Assembly: GCA_900316875.1 (NCBI GenBank) | Contig: ONEP01000091.1 | Location: 1-61,267 of the forward strand | Direction: 5' to 3' | DNA length: 61,267 bases | From: Candidatus Ruminimicrobium bovinum | GTDB lineage: Bacteria; Elusimicrobiota; Endomicrobiia; Endomicrobiales; Endomicrobiaceae | Shown here: piece by piece, positions 35,950-46,170 of the stretch | Layout of the letters: every line of letters begins with the position of its first letter | Numbering within the stretch: the stretch's first letter is position 1 | Translations under genes and position numbers: made by a program | The notes under the pieces: generated by a model | What the model was told of the DNA's origin: nothing | Databases searched by the model: none | What the model saw: only the letters and a program-made list of their open reading frames with translations

Positions 35950-36988
35950 TAAAATTAATAAAATTTTTAAACAGTATCCGAAAGATTTTATTTTAATTAC
36001 AAACCCTAAAGATATTTTTTATTTAACGGATGCGGAATTTGAAGGTTTTTGGCTGCTTTTGGCAAAGAAAAAACTTTTTGCAATTACCTCACAAATGATT
36101 AAAGGACAAATTGAAACCGAATTTAAAAATAAAATAAAAATTGTTACCGATACTTCTTTTATAAAAGCACTTGTTGCAATAATCAAGCAATATAACGTAA
36201 ACCGATTACTTGTCGATACCACGGAGCTTTCGGTTTCAACTTTTACTTTAATTGAAAAAATACTTAAATTAAGCAATATCACCGTTAAACAAATAAATTC
36301 CGTTACAAACAATTTAAGAATTATTAAAAACAAAGATGAAATAAACAATATTAAAACTGCATGTGAACTTGTTTCAAAAATATTTGAAACCGTTAAAAAT
36401 AAAATTATTTGCGGCATGAAAGAAATTGATATTCATTTTTTAATTGAACAGGAATTTGCAAAACATCACACGGTTGCAAGTTTCAAAACAATAGTTGCAT
36501 CAGGCCCTAATGCTGCAAATCCTCACCATATAAGCGGTGAAAGAAAAATTAAAAAAAACGATATTGTTTTAATTGATATGGGTTGTATTTGCAACGGATA
36601 TTGTTCCGACCTTACAAGAACTTTTTTCGTCGGTAAACCTACACAATATCAACAAAAAATATGGAACACGGTAAAACAAGCCCACGACGAAGCAATGGAA
36701 AAAATTAAACCGAATATAAAAGCTTGTGATATAGATTTAACGGCAAGAAATATTATTAAAACTGACGGATTTGAAAAATATTTTATACATACTACCGGAC
36801 ATGGTGTAGGTATTGATATACATGAAGCCCCTGCAATTTCGCACAAAAACGAAGCAATTTTAAAGGAAGGTATGGTTATAACTATAGAACCGGGGATTTA
36901 TTTAAAAAACAAATTCGGCGTCAGAATAGAAGATACCGTTCTTGTTACAAAAACGGGCTTTAAAAAATTAACTACTGCCGAATACTAA
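35939..36988 (+). CDS. M24 family Xaa-Pro aminopeptidase/dipeptidase
   Basis: Metal ligands in IDMGCICNGYCSDLTRTF, HGVGIDIHE, TIEPGIY and RIEDTV. Confidence 0.88.
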   Translation: MMNNKINKIFKQYPKDFILITNPKDIFYLTDAEFEGFWLLLAKKKLFAITSQMIKGQIETEFKNKIKIVTDTSFIKALVAIIKQYNVNRLLVDTTELSVSTFTLIEKILKLSNITVKQINSVTNNLRIIKNKDEINNIKTACELVSKIFETVKNKIICGMKEIDIHFLIEQEFAKHHTVASFKTIVASGPNAANPHHISGERKIKKNDIVLIDMGCICNGYCSDLTRTFFVGKPTQYQQKIWNTVKQAHDEAMEKIKPNIKACDIDLTARNIIKTDGFEKYFIHTTGHGVGIDIHEAPAISHKNEAILKEGMVITIEPGIYLKNKFGVRIEDTVLVTKTGFKKLTTAEY

Positions 36989-37704
36989 AAACCCGTCCTT
37001 GCAATTGATATTACAAAAATTTTTTTGGCACCTGCCTGTTTTAAAACTTTTGCACAGGAATTAACCGTAGCACAAGTTGTAACTATATCATCAACAAGTA
37101 AAATATTTTTGTTTTTTATTTTATCAATATATTTTTTATTAACGTAAAACGACTGCTGCAAATTTTCCTGCCTTGCTTTTCTGTTTAACAAAAATTGAGC
37201 TTTTGTATAAAATTTTCTTATCAAAATTTTATTATTGCATTTTATATTTATTTTTTTTGATATTTCTTCGGCTATTAAACCGGCCTGATTATAACCTCTT
37301 AAAAACCTTCTTGTTATAAATAAAGGAACAGGTATTACAATATCAGTTTGTTTATCCCAATTATTTTGTAAAATTACGTTGACCATCATATCTGAAAAAT
37401 CTTTTGCCAAAAAAAATCTGTTTGAATATTTAAAATTATGTATTAATATTTTAACGGATTTTTCATATTTATACGGTGCTTTTATTAAATCAAAATAATT
37501 TTTATTACGGGAACAATCGTAACAATGTTTTTGCGAATCTATTTGAACATCACATACAGAGCATTTTAAACCGTCGTTTTTAGGTAATTTATCCAAACAA
37601 TTATCACAAATATTACCGTTATAATTTATCGGTAAATTTTGTTTACAACACGAACATACTTTCGGAAAGAAAAAATTTATAAAATAATTTAAAATTTTTT
37701 TCAT
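36985..37704 (-). CDS. comF: ComF family protein (zinc finger plus phosphoribosyltransferase domain)
   Basis: N-terminal CSCC...CDNC and CSVC...CYDC motifs. PRTase motif ILLVDDIVTTCATV. Confidence 0.85.
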   Translation of the reverse strand: MKKILNYFINFFFPKVCSCCKQNLPINYNGNICDNCLDKLPKNDGLKCSVCDVQIDSQKHCYDCSRNKNYFDLIKAPYKYEKSVKILIHNFKYSNRFFLAKDFSDMMVNVILQNNWDKQTDIVIPVPLFITRRFLRGYNQAGLIAEEISKKINIKCNNKILIRKFYTKAQFLLNRKARQENLQQSFYVNKKYIDKIKNKNILLVDDIVTTCATVNSCAKVLKQAGAKKIFVISIARTGF

Positions 37705-39497
37705 TTTGTATTTTTATTTCTTATATGAGTTAGGGCTGTCCGGGCTTTTATGTGATTGGGATTTAACCTTAAAGTAAGTTCCCACATCCTTTCGGCTTCA
37801 AAATATTTCCCCTTTGCATATAAACTTAATCCTTCTTTATATTTTATATCGGCGGTTTTTTCATCAATTTCAACAATTTCTTCTTTTGTAACTTTTTCAT
37901 TTTGCTTTGTTTGAGCAGGAATACTGTTATTTTGTTTTAAAGTTAAAGAAAGGTTGTAAACGGCTTTGTCTATATAATCTTTTGCTTTTTGATAATAATT
38001 AAATGATGAAGTTCTGTTTGAAGACGTAACAAAGTTTTGCAGTTTTTCCATTTGTTTTATACATGCTATCCATTTTTTATTATCAAATTTAAGTATTCCG
38101 TCTTCCAATAAAGTATTTGCTTCAAGTTCAAATTTTTTCTGTTCCTGTTTTTCAAATTCATCTTTTAAAATATTTTGAACTTTATCATAATATTCGCTTA
38201 TTTCATTATTTTCTTTATCGAATTGTAAATATTTTGCCCATTCTTTTGATGCTTGTTCATAATTTGCTTCATAATAATACTTATATCCTGCCCAATAAGC
38301 ATAAGAAGCAAAATCGGTTTCTGCTGCCGAAACCGAATTGTCCGTCATTTGTTTTTTTATTTTGTTGTAGTAAAATAACGGAGAGTCGTAAGACGGATAA
38401 TTTATTATTAATTTTTGTAATAATTCGGTCGCATATAAATATTGTTTTTTTGAATAGAAATTTTTTGCTTCAACAAAAGTTTTATCAGCTTCCTTTTGAG
38501 ACAATTTTTCGGTAGCAAGCATTTGTTCGGCTTCAAGTTTTAATTGGTCATTATCCGATTTTACTTTATTTTTATTTGCCCATCTGAAAGCAAGCGAAAA
38601 TCTGTTTATCAAATCTATTTCATTAAAGTCCATACTATAATTTATAACAAAATAAGAAATTGCCAAACCGAAGCCCGCAGTAATGTGTTCGGGATAATAA
38701 CCTGCCCTTATGGAATATTTATTGAGAAGTTTATATTCCAAGCCGGTATATATATCGTTATACGAATCTTCATTTCTTATATCAACTGAAACGGTAAAAG
38801 TATCCTGCGATTGTAATCTTAATTTTGTGGGAATTGAAAGCATCGAACTTAATATAAAAATATTCTGAAAATCCTCTTTATACGTATCAAGTTTAATTCC
38901 CGTTCCGATAATATTATTTGCCGAAAGTCCCACACCTATTGTTGCCTGTGTTAAGTGTAAATCCACATTTTTAAAAAATTTAGATACGGAAAAATCAAAA
39001 CCTGCTCCGGAATCTTTTGCTTCATACAAATCCATAACAAAATACTTTGCATTTACACCTACGGAAGTTTCTATTTTTTGTATCATAAAAGATGCCGCTA
39101 AAATATATTCCCATTGATTTGTATTAATTATTTTTGCCGTATCAAAAATACTTTTTCTTATTTCAACATCACCGCTTGCCAAATTGATTGCAGAAAAACC
39201 CAAATGTAAATTATTTAATATTTTGATATTTGCAGATGCACTGTTGTATGATGACCCTTCAAATAAATTATATCTTGCCAAACTTACGGAATTATAATTA
39301 AAAAAAGACATTAACGAACCGTTATAAAAAATTATCGACGGTTCATTTAAATTATTTAAAACCGTTTCACCTTGTGCAAAAGAAGAAACCGACGGTCCGT
39401 GTGAAAAAAAATTTTTTCTTTGCCCGGCACAAATATTTACCGCAGCTAAAATTACCAAACTAAAAATAATAATTATTTTATTATTAATAATCTGCAT
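37701..39497 (-). CDS. Exported protein: N-terminal predicted beta-barrel-like region plus a C-terminal TPR/coiled-coil region
   Basis: The start was set at ATG 39497, giving a signal peptide MQIINNKIIIIFSLVILAAVNICAG. About 330 aa are strand-rich and alternating, ending FSLAFRW. TPR-like repeats follow (YYSKKQYLYATELLQKLIINYPSY; EGLSLYAKGKYFEAERMWELTLRLNPNH). Confidence 0.55.
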   Translation of the reverse strand: MQIINNKIIIIFSLVILAAVNICAGQRKNFFSHGPSVSSFAQGETVLNNLNEPSIIFYNGSLMSFFNYNSVSLARYNLFEGSSYNSASANIKILNNLHLGFSAINLASGDVEIRKSIFDTAKIINTNQWEYILAASFMIQKIETSVGVNAKYFVMDLYEAKDSGAGFDFSVSKFFKNVDLHLTQATIGVGLSANNIIGTGIKLDTYKEDFQNIFILSSMLSIPTKLRLQSQDTFTVSVDIRNEDSYNDIYTGLEYKLLNKYSIRAGYYPEHITAGFGLAISYFVINYSMDFNEIDLINRFSLAFRWANKNKVKSDNDQLKLEAEQMLATEKLSQKEADKTFVEAKNFYSKKQYLYATELLQKLIINYPSYDSPLFYYNKIKKQMTDNSVSAAETDFASYAYWAGYKYYYEANYEQASKEWAKYLQFDKENNEISEYYDKVQNILKDEFEKQEQKKFELEANTLLEDGILKFDNKKWIACIKQMEKLQNFVTSSNRTSSFNYYQKAKDYIDKAVYNLSLTLKQNNSIPAQTKQNEKVTKEEIVEIDEKTADIKYKEGLSLYAKGKYFEAERMWELTLRLNPNHIKARTALTHIRNKNTK

Positions 39498-40666
39498 TTT
39501 TCGGTTTCTTCTCTTTCCGTATATTTTTTCTTTATTATGCAAAGATATGTTCCGTTATAAAGAATATTTCCTTTATCATCTCTGCCGTCGTAAGTAACAT
39601 AATTGTTACCGCCTGATAAATTATTGACCGAAAAATTTCTTATTTTATCACCATATTCCGAATATATATTTATTTCAATTTTGCCGGAATCCGCCATGTA
39701 AAAAACTATATCGGTTTTTTCACCTTTTTGCGGATTGAAAGGATTTGGAGCATTGTAAACTTTTTTAATATTACCTCCGGTTATAAAAGTGTAAATTTGT
39801 TCTTCTTCCAACTTTGCTCCGTATTGGTTCTGCACGGATACTTTCCAATAATATCTTGTTCTCGGGGCAAGTTTTGCAATTTCATATTCCGTTTGTTCCG
39901 CCAAATCAACCTGTTTCATATCTGTTTTATTTGTTCCGTAATAAAAAGTATTTGTTAAAATATCTCCGTCGCTACCCGGTTGAACATTCCATTTAAAAAT
40001 TATATTTGTATCAAGTATTGCTTTTTTCTCATCGTCAATTTCTATATTTTCAGGAGAAATAACCGTAAAATTTTTGGGTCTTTCGGTTATTACAAGTTTT
40101 TGTGGATGTGTTATATATTCGTTAGGATAATAATCATTTTTAGCCGTAAAATAATATTCATACTGTCCGTAGTCCAAATTCAAATCGGTATAAAAATTAT
40201 TGTCTCCTTTGCTTTTTAAACTTTCTTCCGTAAAAGATTCTTCGGAATTTAATTTCCTGTAATAAATTTTCGGATATCCTGCCGATACTTTATTGTTGTA
40301 TGCATCAATATATTTTACATGTATGACGGTATTACCTTCGCTTTTAATTGAAATTATATCTTGTTTATCATACTCTAATAACGTTGTTTCTGTGTCGGGT
40401 TCATAATCAAATTCCGTCATATACGGTGTTTCAAGTTCCAATGCAACTTGTTCATTTTCATCAATATATACCTGTTTTGAATTACTTATGAAATCAATAT
40501 TTGAATCAAGATTATACCAAAGCAGTATTTGTGAAAATATTCCGGTGTTTATATTTTGATAAAGTTGTTTTGTATCCGTATTATAATTTACGGGAATTGA
40601 AAAAATAAATTGAACCAAATAAAGCGAAAATATTACCGTTAATAATAATTTAGAAAATTTTTTCAT
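39473..40666 (-). CDS. Secreted protein with an Fn3-like middle region and a C-terminal FlgD-Ig-like domain
   Basis: Signal peptide. The C-terminus is NAPNPFNPQKGEKTDIVFYM...IEINIYSEYGDKIRNF...YVTYDGRDDKGNILYNGTYLCII (FlgD_ig pattern). Confidence 0.65.
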   Translation of the reverse strand: MKKFSKLLLTVIFSLYLVQFIFSIPVNYNTDTKQLYQNINTGIFSQILLWYNLDSNIDFISNSKQVYIDENEQVALELETPYMTEFDYEPDTETTLLEYDKQDIISIKSEGNTVIHVKYIDAYNNKVSAGYPKIYYRKLNSEESFTEESLKSKGDNNFYTDLNLDYGQYEYYFTAKNDYYPNEYITHPQKLVITERPKNFTVISPENIEIDDEKKAILDTNIIFKWNVQPGSDGDILTNTFYYGTNKTDMKQVDLAEQTEYEIAKLAPRTRYYWKVSVQNQYGAKLEEEQIYTFITGGNIKKVYNAPNPFNPQKGEKTDIVFYMADSGKIEINIYSEYGDKIRNFSVNNLSGGNNYVTYDGRDDKGNILYNGTYLCIIKKKYTEREETEKCRLLIIK

Positions 40667-40689
40667 TAGTAAAATTCAAAATGTTAAAT

Positions 40690-41316
40690 TTATTTTGTTA
40701 TTACAAATACTGCTTGTTGTGCAAATAAATTCGGCATTACATGAACATATTTACTGTTACTTATAAAATATTTTTCTAAAATTTTATAACCGTTATAATT
40801 ACAAAAATTTTCAAAGTCTTTGATACTGAAAAATCTGATATTAGGGGTATCATTCCATTGATTAGGCAATGCTTTTGCAACCGGAGCCATACCTTTAAAA
40901 AAAAGCATACTTCTTAATGCTATGTGTGCAAAATTAGGAAATGAAACTATAATTTTTTTACCGATTCTTGTACATTGTTTAAAAACTTCATCTATTTTTT
41001 TTACCTGCTGCATACTTTGGCTTAAAATAACAAAATCAAAACTGTTATTAGGATACGAATCCAACGAATTATCTATATCTGAATGCAAAACACATAAACC
41101 TTTTTCAACACATTTATATATTGCATCCTCGGAAATTTCAACACCTTGTGCATTAACTTTTTTCGTTTGCTCCAAATATTGCATTAAATCCCCATTACCG
41201 CAACCCAAATCCAAAATTTTAGATTTCTCGGTAACAATATCGGCAATTTTAAAATGCGATAATAAAAGATTTTTATTACTTGCCACCTTCAAAAACCTCT
41301 TTGTATAAATTATCAA
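40690..41316 (-). CDS. metW: Methionine biosynthesis protein MetW
   Basis: SAM-MTase-like ILDLGCGNGDLMQYL. Size and position directly after metX. The start may be GTG 41286 rather than TTG 41316. Confidence 0.88.
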   Translation of the reverse strand: MIIYTKRFLKVASNKNLLLSHFKIADIVTEKSKILDLGCGNGDLMQYLEQTKKVNAQGVEISEDAIYKCVEKGLCVLHSDIDNSLDSYPNNSFDFVILSQSMQQVKKIDEVFKQCTRIGKKIIVSFPNFAHIALRSMLFFKGMAPVAKALPNQWNDTPNIRFFSIKDFENFCNYNGYKILEKYFISNSKYVHVMPNLFAQQAVFVITK

Positions 41317-42421
41317 TAAAATTTCTTATTAAATTTGTTTCATCTTTTACTTCAAGTAAAAATGCATCATGTCCGTAAGTAGAATATATATTACAATAAG
41401 TTACTTCCTGTCCTTTAGCTTTTAATTGTTTTACTATATTTTCGGATTGATACGGAGGATATAGCCAATCCGATTTAAAAGATATTACTAAAAATTTTAT
41501 ATTCAAATTTTTTTCTTCCGGTAAAAAATTATCTTTTTGAACATCAAAATAATCCATTGCTTTTGATAAATACAAATAACTGTTGGCATCAAACCTTTTT
41601 ACAAAAGAACTGCCCCTGTATCTTAAATATTCTTCCACTTCAAAATCCGCATTAAAGTCAAAATTTTCGTTAAGTTCAGGATTTTTAACGGGAAATTTTT
41701 TTTGCATGGAATAGTCGCTCATATATGTAATATGCCCTAACATTCTTGCAACGGCAAGCCCTTTATCAGGTTCGGGACCGCCGTAATAATGCCCTTTTTT
41801 CCATGCAACATCACCCATTATGGATTGCCTTCCAACTTCATTAAAAGCAATTTGCTGAGGAGTCGATTTTAAAGTTATCGCTATAGGAATTGCCGAGTAT
41901 ATATATTCCGGATAATCCATAACCCACTGTAAAACCTGCATACCGCCCATAGAGCCGCCTGCAACACATAAAAGTTTTTCTATGCCGAAAAATTCAACTA
42001 ATTTTTTTTGAGCTCGGACCATATCCGAAATTGTTATTGCCGGAAAATCGGTTCCGTATTCAATACCGGTAGCAGGATTTATTGATGAGGGTCCGGTTGA
42101 ACCCGCACAACCGCCCAACACATTTGAACATATAATAAAATACTTATCCGTATTGAATGCCTTACCCGGACCAACCAACATATTCCACCATCCGGGTTTT
42201 TCATCACCTTCATGATAACCTGCACAATGTGCATTACCGGTAAAAGCATGTGTTATCAAAACGGCATTTGTTTTTTTATCGTTTAATTTTCCGTAAGTTT
42301 CGTAAGCTATTGTAACTTCCGGTAATATTTTACCGTTTTCAAGAGTAAAATTTTTAAAAGTAAAATATTCGGTTTTAACTATACCTACATCTTTTTTCTT
42401 CACTTCAGCCCTCATTTTCAA
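41276..42421 (-). CDS. metX: Homoserine O-acetyltransferase
   Basis: Alpha/beta-hydrolase with NAVLITHAFTGNAH, nucleophile elbow AGGSMGGMQ and C-terminal GHDAFL. Confidence 0.92.
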   Translation of the reverse strand: MKMRAEVKKKDVGIVKTEYFTFKNFTLENGKILPEVTIAYETYGKLNDKKTNAVLITHAFTGNAHCAGYHEGDEKPGWWNMLVGPGKAFNTDKYFIICSNVLGGCAGSTGPSSINPATGIEYGTDFPAITISDMVRAQKKLVEFFGIEKLLCVAGGSMGGMQVLQWVMDYPEYIYSAIPIAITLKSTPQQIAFNEVGRQSIMGDVAWKKGHYYGGPEPDKGLAVARMLGHITYMSDYSMQKKFPVKNPELNENFDFNADFEVEEYLRYRGSSFVKRFDANSYLYLSKAMDYFDVQKDNFLPEEKNLNIKFLVISFKSDWLYPPYQSENIVKQLKAKGQEVTYCNIYSTYGHDAFLLEVKDETNLIRNFIDNLYKEVFEGGK

Positions 42422-42537
42422 TAAAATACATATCTTTATTATACTAAATATTAAACACTAAACAAAAAAAATAAAAATAACTTTTATTGTTATTTTTTTC
42501 ATACCGCGGTCTTAAACAATAATATTTTCAAATCAGT

Positions 42538-44037
42538 TTAAATCAAACCGTTTTTTGACATTAAAATAATACAATTTATTAAATTTGTATTTACATATAA
42601 ACTAAAAATTATAAAACATAAAAACAAAAATTTTATTATGTTCTTTAATATATCATTATTTACAATTTCTATCAAATTATAAAATAACACCAAACTCGGA
42701 ACTAAAAGTAAAGATAAATACTCGGCAACAAACCTTGCATTTGAACCTATATAAGAATTTATCAAAAAATATATAAATCCTACACTTAACATTATAATAA
42801 ATAATACATGAATATTTTTATTTTTTTTAGAAGTTTTTGTAAGAAAATTTTTAATAAATAATATAAAAATTACTATAGGATAAATAATAAAGCCGCCTAT
42901 CATAGGTTCAAAATAAGATACATTTTCATAATTTTTAAAAACACATAACGGATTAATTGAAGTAAATACAGGTAAATGAAAAAGATTTAAAAAAATATGT
43001 TTAATAAAATCTATCAATGAATGATTTAAATTTTGAGCAAAACCTTTTTGATAAATCGGAGAAAATTGATAAGTATATCCGAAATTAAAAATTGAATCAA
43101 ATCTAAAATAGTTGTATAGTGCCAAAATTATTCCGTATATAATAAGCGGCACAAAAAAACATAAATATTTTTTTATAAGATTGGAAGATTGGAAGTTTTG
43201 AAACTTTGAGAAATTATAAATATATTTTTTTGAATCCATTATTAAAATGGCAATAAAAATAAAAATTGCAAGTATTATACTTATTGGTCTTGCACCGATG
43301 GCAAGTGCCAAAAATAAACCTATTAAAAACATTTTTAAATTTTTATACTTAGCATCGGACAAAAGTAAAAAAACATACAATGCTGTAAGTGAGCAAAAAA
43401 CAGAGGTAAGTATCGGTATTAAATGAATTGTTATTGAAACATAAGTTAATACTATTCCACTTGCCAACCCAAATATAAGTATCGGTATTACGGTAAAATA
43501 ATTTTGTCTATTCAATAAATTTAATATTTTTCTATAAATTAATATGTGTAAAAGAAAAATAAATATAGATAAAATTAAAACAATAATATGGTCTGATATA
43601 AAATATTTTGTTGCTAAATAAAAAGGCAAATAAAATAATATTACCGGAGTTAATCCAAAATAAAGATAAACTTTATTTTTATAAATACTTGTGTCGTACA
43701 ACATTTTTACCGAAATATCAACTTTATCGGCTTTTAATAAACTTTTATCAATATTATTTGTTAAATCATTTATAAATTGTTCATCAATTCCCAAATCCAA
43801 TTTAAATTTTGTTAAATTAATAGTAAGCCAATTATAATAATTTCCGGTAAACGGATATATTTGCAATTGTTTTTTAGGATAAAAAAACTCGGGCTTTGTA
43901 GAATTTGTTACCAAAACAACATAAACAAAACATATAAATATAAAAGCTAAAACACCTAAAATATTATTGGCTTTAGCCGATTTATTAAAAATAATATACA
44001 ATAATAAAAATATCAAACTAATTGAAAATAAAATCAT
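42538..44037 (-). CDS. Polytopic integral membrane protein of unknown function (more than 10 TM; GT-C-like topology is possible)
   Basis: Hydrophobic throughout. No motif recognised. The next upstream gene on this strand ends 3 nt before its start. Confidence 0.5.
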   Translation of the reverse strand: MILFSISLIFLLLYIIFNKSAKANNILGVLAFIFICFVYVVLVTNSTKPEFFYPKKQLQIYPFTGNYYNWLTINLTKFKLDLGIDEQFINDLTNNIDKSLLKADKVDISVKMLYDTSIYKNKVYLYFGLTPVILFYLPFYLATKYFISDHIIVLILSIFIFLLHILIYRKILNLLNRQNYFTVIPILIFGLASGIVLTYVSITIHLIPILTSVFCSLTALYVFLLLSDAKYKNLKMFLIGLFLALAIGARPISIILAIFIFIAILIMDSKKYIYNFSKFQNFQSSNLIKKYLCFFVPLIIYGIILALYNYFRFDSIFNFGYTYQFSPIYQKGFAQNLNHSLIDFIKHIFLNLFHLPVFTSINPLCVFKNYENVSYFEPMIGGFIIYPIVIFILFIKNFLTKTSKKNKNIHVLFIIMLSVGFIYFLINSYIGSNARFVAEYLSLLLVPSLVLFYNLIEIVNNDILKNIIKFLFLCFIIFSLYVNTNLINCIILMSKNGLI

Positions 44038-44040
44038 TTT

Positions 44041-46161
44041 TTACAATTCATTTTTTTTATAATATTTCCACCAGGAAAAAGTTAAAAATTTTAAAAACAA
44101 AATAAACATTAAAGATTTTTCTATTCCCCATACCGGAATTAAAAAAGCTCCGCCCAATATTGCCGCAAATGCACCGCCTAAAGAATTTGAAGCATAAATT
44201 TTCATTTGTGAAGCTGTATCCCTAACATGTGAATAAATTTTTAAAATTTCTTCAAACTGCCATCCGCTTAAAATACCGGTTCCGAAAAGAAATATTAAAA
44301 TATTAAACCAATTAAGAAAATCCGTTTTTATTGCAACAACACATAAAATAATCCATAACAAATATGCAATTTCGCTTTGTGCAAATAATTTATTTACTTT
44401 CGGTTTGTTAAAACGGCAGCTTATTATACCTAAAATATTACCCGCAACAAATATTGCAATAAGAATACCAAACCACTTATAAATATGTCCCGCATAAATT
44501 TGGAAAGCCCAAAAACATACCATTTGAACCCAAACATCACTTGCACCTGCAATAAACGAAGTTATTTTATGAATATGCCTCGGTAAAAAAAATAATATTA
44601 CCGGTATAAGAAAAAATATGTAAGAATAATTTATAACCGTTTGCAAAAATTTAGCTAAAAACGGAGAAAATTTTGATTGCCAATACATAATGGAATATAT
44701 CATTGTCTTTTGAATTTTATCGGTATTTATCAATTTTTTCTTTGAAACTTTTTCTAATTGAAATTTAAGCCATTTTGTTTTTTGTGTATCCATTTTTTCA
44801 TCTACATAATATTTTGAAAGAACAAAAGTTGAACCTTGAACATGTTGCAACCTTTTTTTTAAATGCAACCTGTAAGGAATTTTATATTTTGTGGCTACCA
44901 AAATATTTTGTGTCCCGGGAATTATTTGAACATTTTCAAAAACATTTTTTAAAGTGTAATATACGGAGGAATTTAATTTGCTCATAAGCTCGTCCCAGTA
45001 AACAAGGTTCCCGGGCAATTTTAAAGCAATAAAACCGTCATCGGTTAAATGCTGTTTTGCTATTTCAAAAAAATCTTTTGTATAAAAACGATTGATATTT
45101 GTGTTTATCGGTAAATCCAAACCTATTAAAATAACATCGTATTGTTTATTATTAACTTTAAAAAAATCTCTTATATTTAAACTGTAAGTATGAATTCTTT
45201 CATCGTTAAAAACTTCATTAATTGCATAAATATTTTGTTTTAATTTTTCAATAATTACTTTATCCGGTTCAAGATAATCTATTTCATTAAATTTGTATTT
45301 TACTATTGACGACAGATATCTTATACCGCCTATAAGAAGCAAATTTTCAGGATTTGTATGATGTAAAATCGCAAGGTGTGCAAAATCTTCATCTTCAAAA
45401 ATTGTCGGACTCGGAAAAGCAAAGTTTAAAACCCCGTTATTGTAAAAAGCATCTTCTCCTTTTGTTTTTGTCCAAATATATTGCTGGTTTGCAAAATAAC
45501 TTATATCTACACTTTCAGCTGTTTTATAATTATTATGAATTGTCTTTTTTTCAAATTTATCGGTATAATTAAATGCAGTATAAATTATTAAACATAAACT
45601 TATAAACATTAAAATTTTTAAAAATATCCCATCACATAAAATAATTAAATCACAAAAAATCAATGAAATAATTATTGCAATTATAACGGCTGTTAAAAAA
45701 GAACTCATATAAAAAGAACAAATTATTCCGCCTGCAATAATACCTATATTATAAAATATGTTTAATATACTGAATTTACTGTTTGTAACAAATAAACTGA
45801 AAATTAAATTAATAAAAAAACTTACCGGGAAAATAACAATTAAAGAAAGTATCAACGAAAATTTTAAAGAAAATCCGTCTGTTATACTTGTAGGTGATAT
45901 TAAATTTGCACTTCTTATAAAAACAAAAGAAAAAATAACGGATATTATTAAACATAAAAAAAATATTACAATATTGCCGGTTTGTATTTGCAATTTTTTA
46001 TGTGCCGTAAAATTTGCAAAAGCAGATGCAAAAAGCCAATTTGCCAAAACAATAGCTATGGTAAATTCGTTCCCGTGAAATACGGGGGCAATTTCCCTAA
46101 GCAAAAAAACTTGCAACAAAATGCTTATTATACCGCACAAAATAAAATGAATAGGCAGCAT
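44041..46161 (-). CDS. Fused membrane / spermidine-synthase-like (aminopropyltransferase-fold) protein
   Basis: An N-terminal block of about 7 TM helices. The central soluble domain has LLLIGGIRYL...IDYLEPD and YDVILIGLDLP...FYTKDFFEIAKQHLTDDGFIALKLPG (SpeE-like SAM-MTase fold). More TM helices lie at the C-terminus. Confidence 0.7.
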   Translation of the reverse strand: MLPIHFILCGIISILLQVFLLREIAPVFHGNEFTIAIVLANWLFASAFANFTAHKKLQIQTGNIVIFFLCLIISVIFSFVFIRSANLISPTSITDGFSLKFSLILSLIVIFPVSFFINLIFSLFVTNSKFSILNIFYNIGIIAGGIICSFYMSSFLTAVIIAIIISLIFCDLIILCDGIFLKILMFISLCLIIYTAFNYTDKFEKKTIHNNYKTAESVDISYFANQQYIWTKTKGEDAFYNNGVLNFAFPSPTIFEDEDFAHLAILHHTNPENLLLIGGIRYLSSIVKYKFNEIDYLEPDKVIIEKLKQNIYAINEVFNDERIHTYSLNIRDFFKVNNKQYDVILIGLDLPINTNINRFYTKDFFEIAKQHLTDDGFIALKLPGNLVYWDELMSKLNSSVYYTLKNVFENVQIIPGTQNILVATKYKIPYRLHLKKRLQHVQGSTFVLSKYYVDEKMDTQKTKWLKFQLEKVSKKKLINTDKIQKTMIYSIMYWQSKFSPFLAKFLQTVINYSYIFFLIPVILFFLPRHIHKITSFIAGASDVWVQMVCFWAFQIYAGHIYKWFGILIAIFVAGNILGIISCRFNKPKVNKLFAQSEIAYLLWIILCVVAIKTDFLNWFNILIFLFGTGILSGWQFEEILKIYSHVRDTASQMKIYASNSLGGAFAAILGGAFLIPVWGIEKSLMFILFLKFLTFSWWKYYKKNEL

Positions 46162-46170
46162 TATATACCT

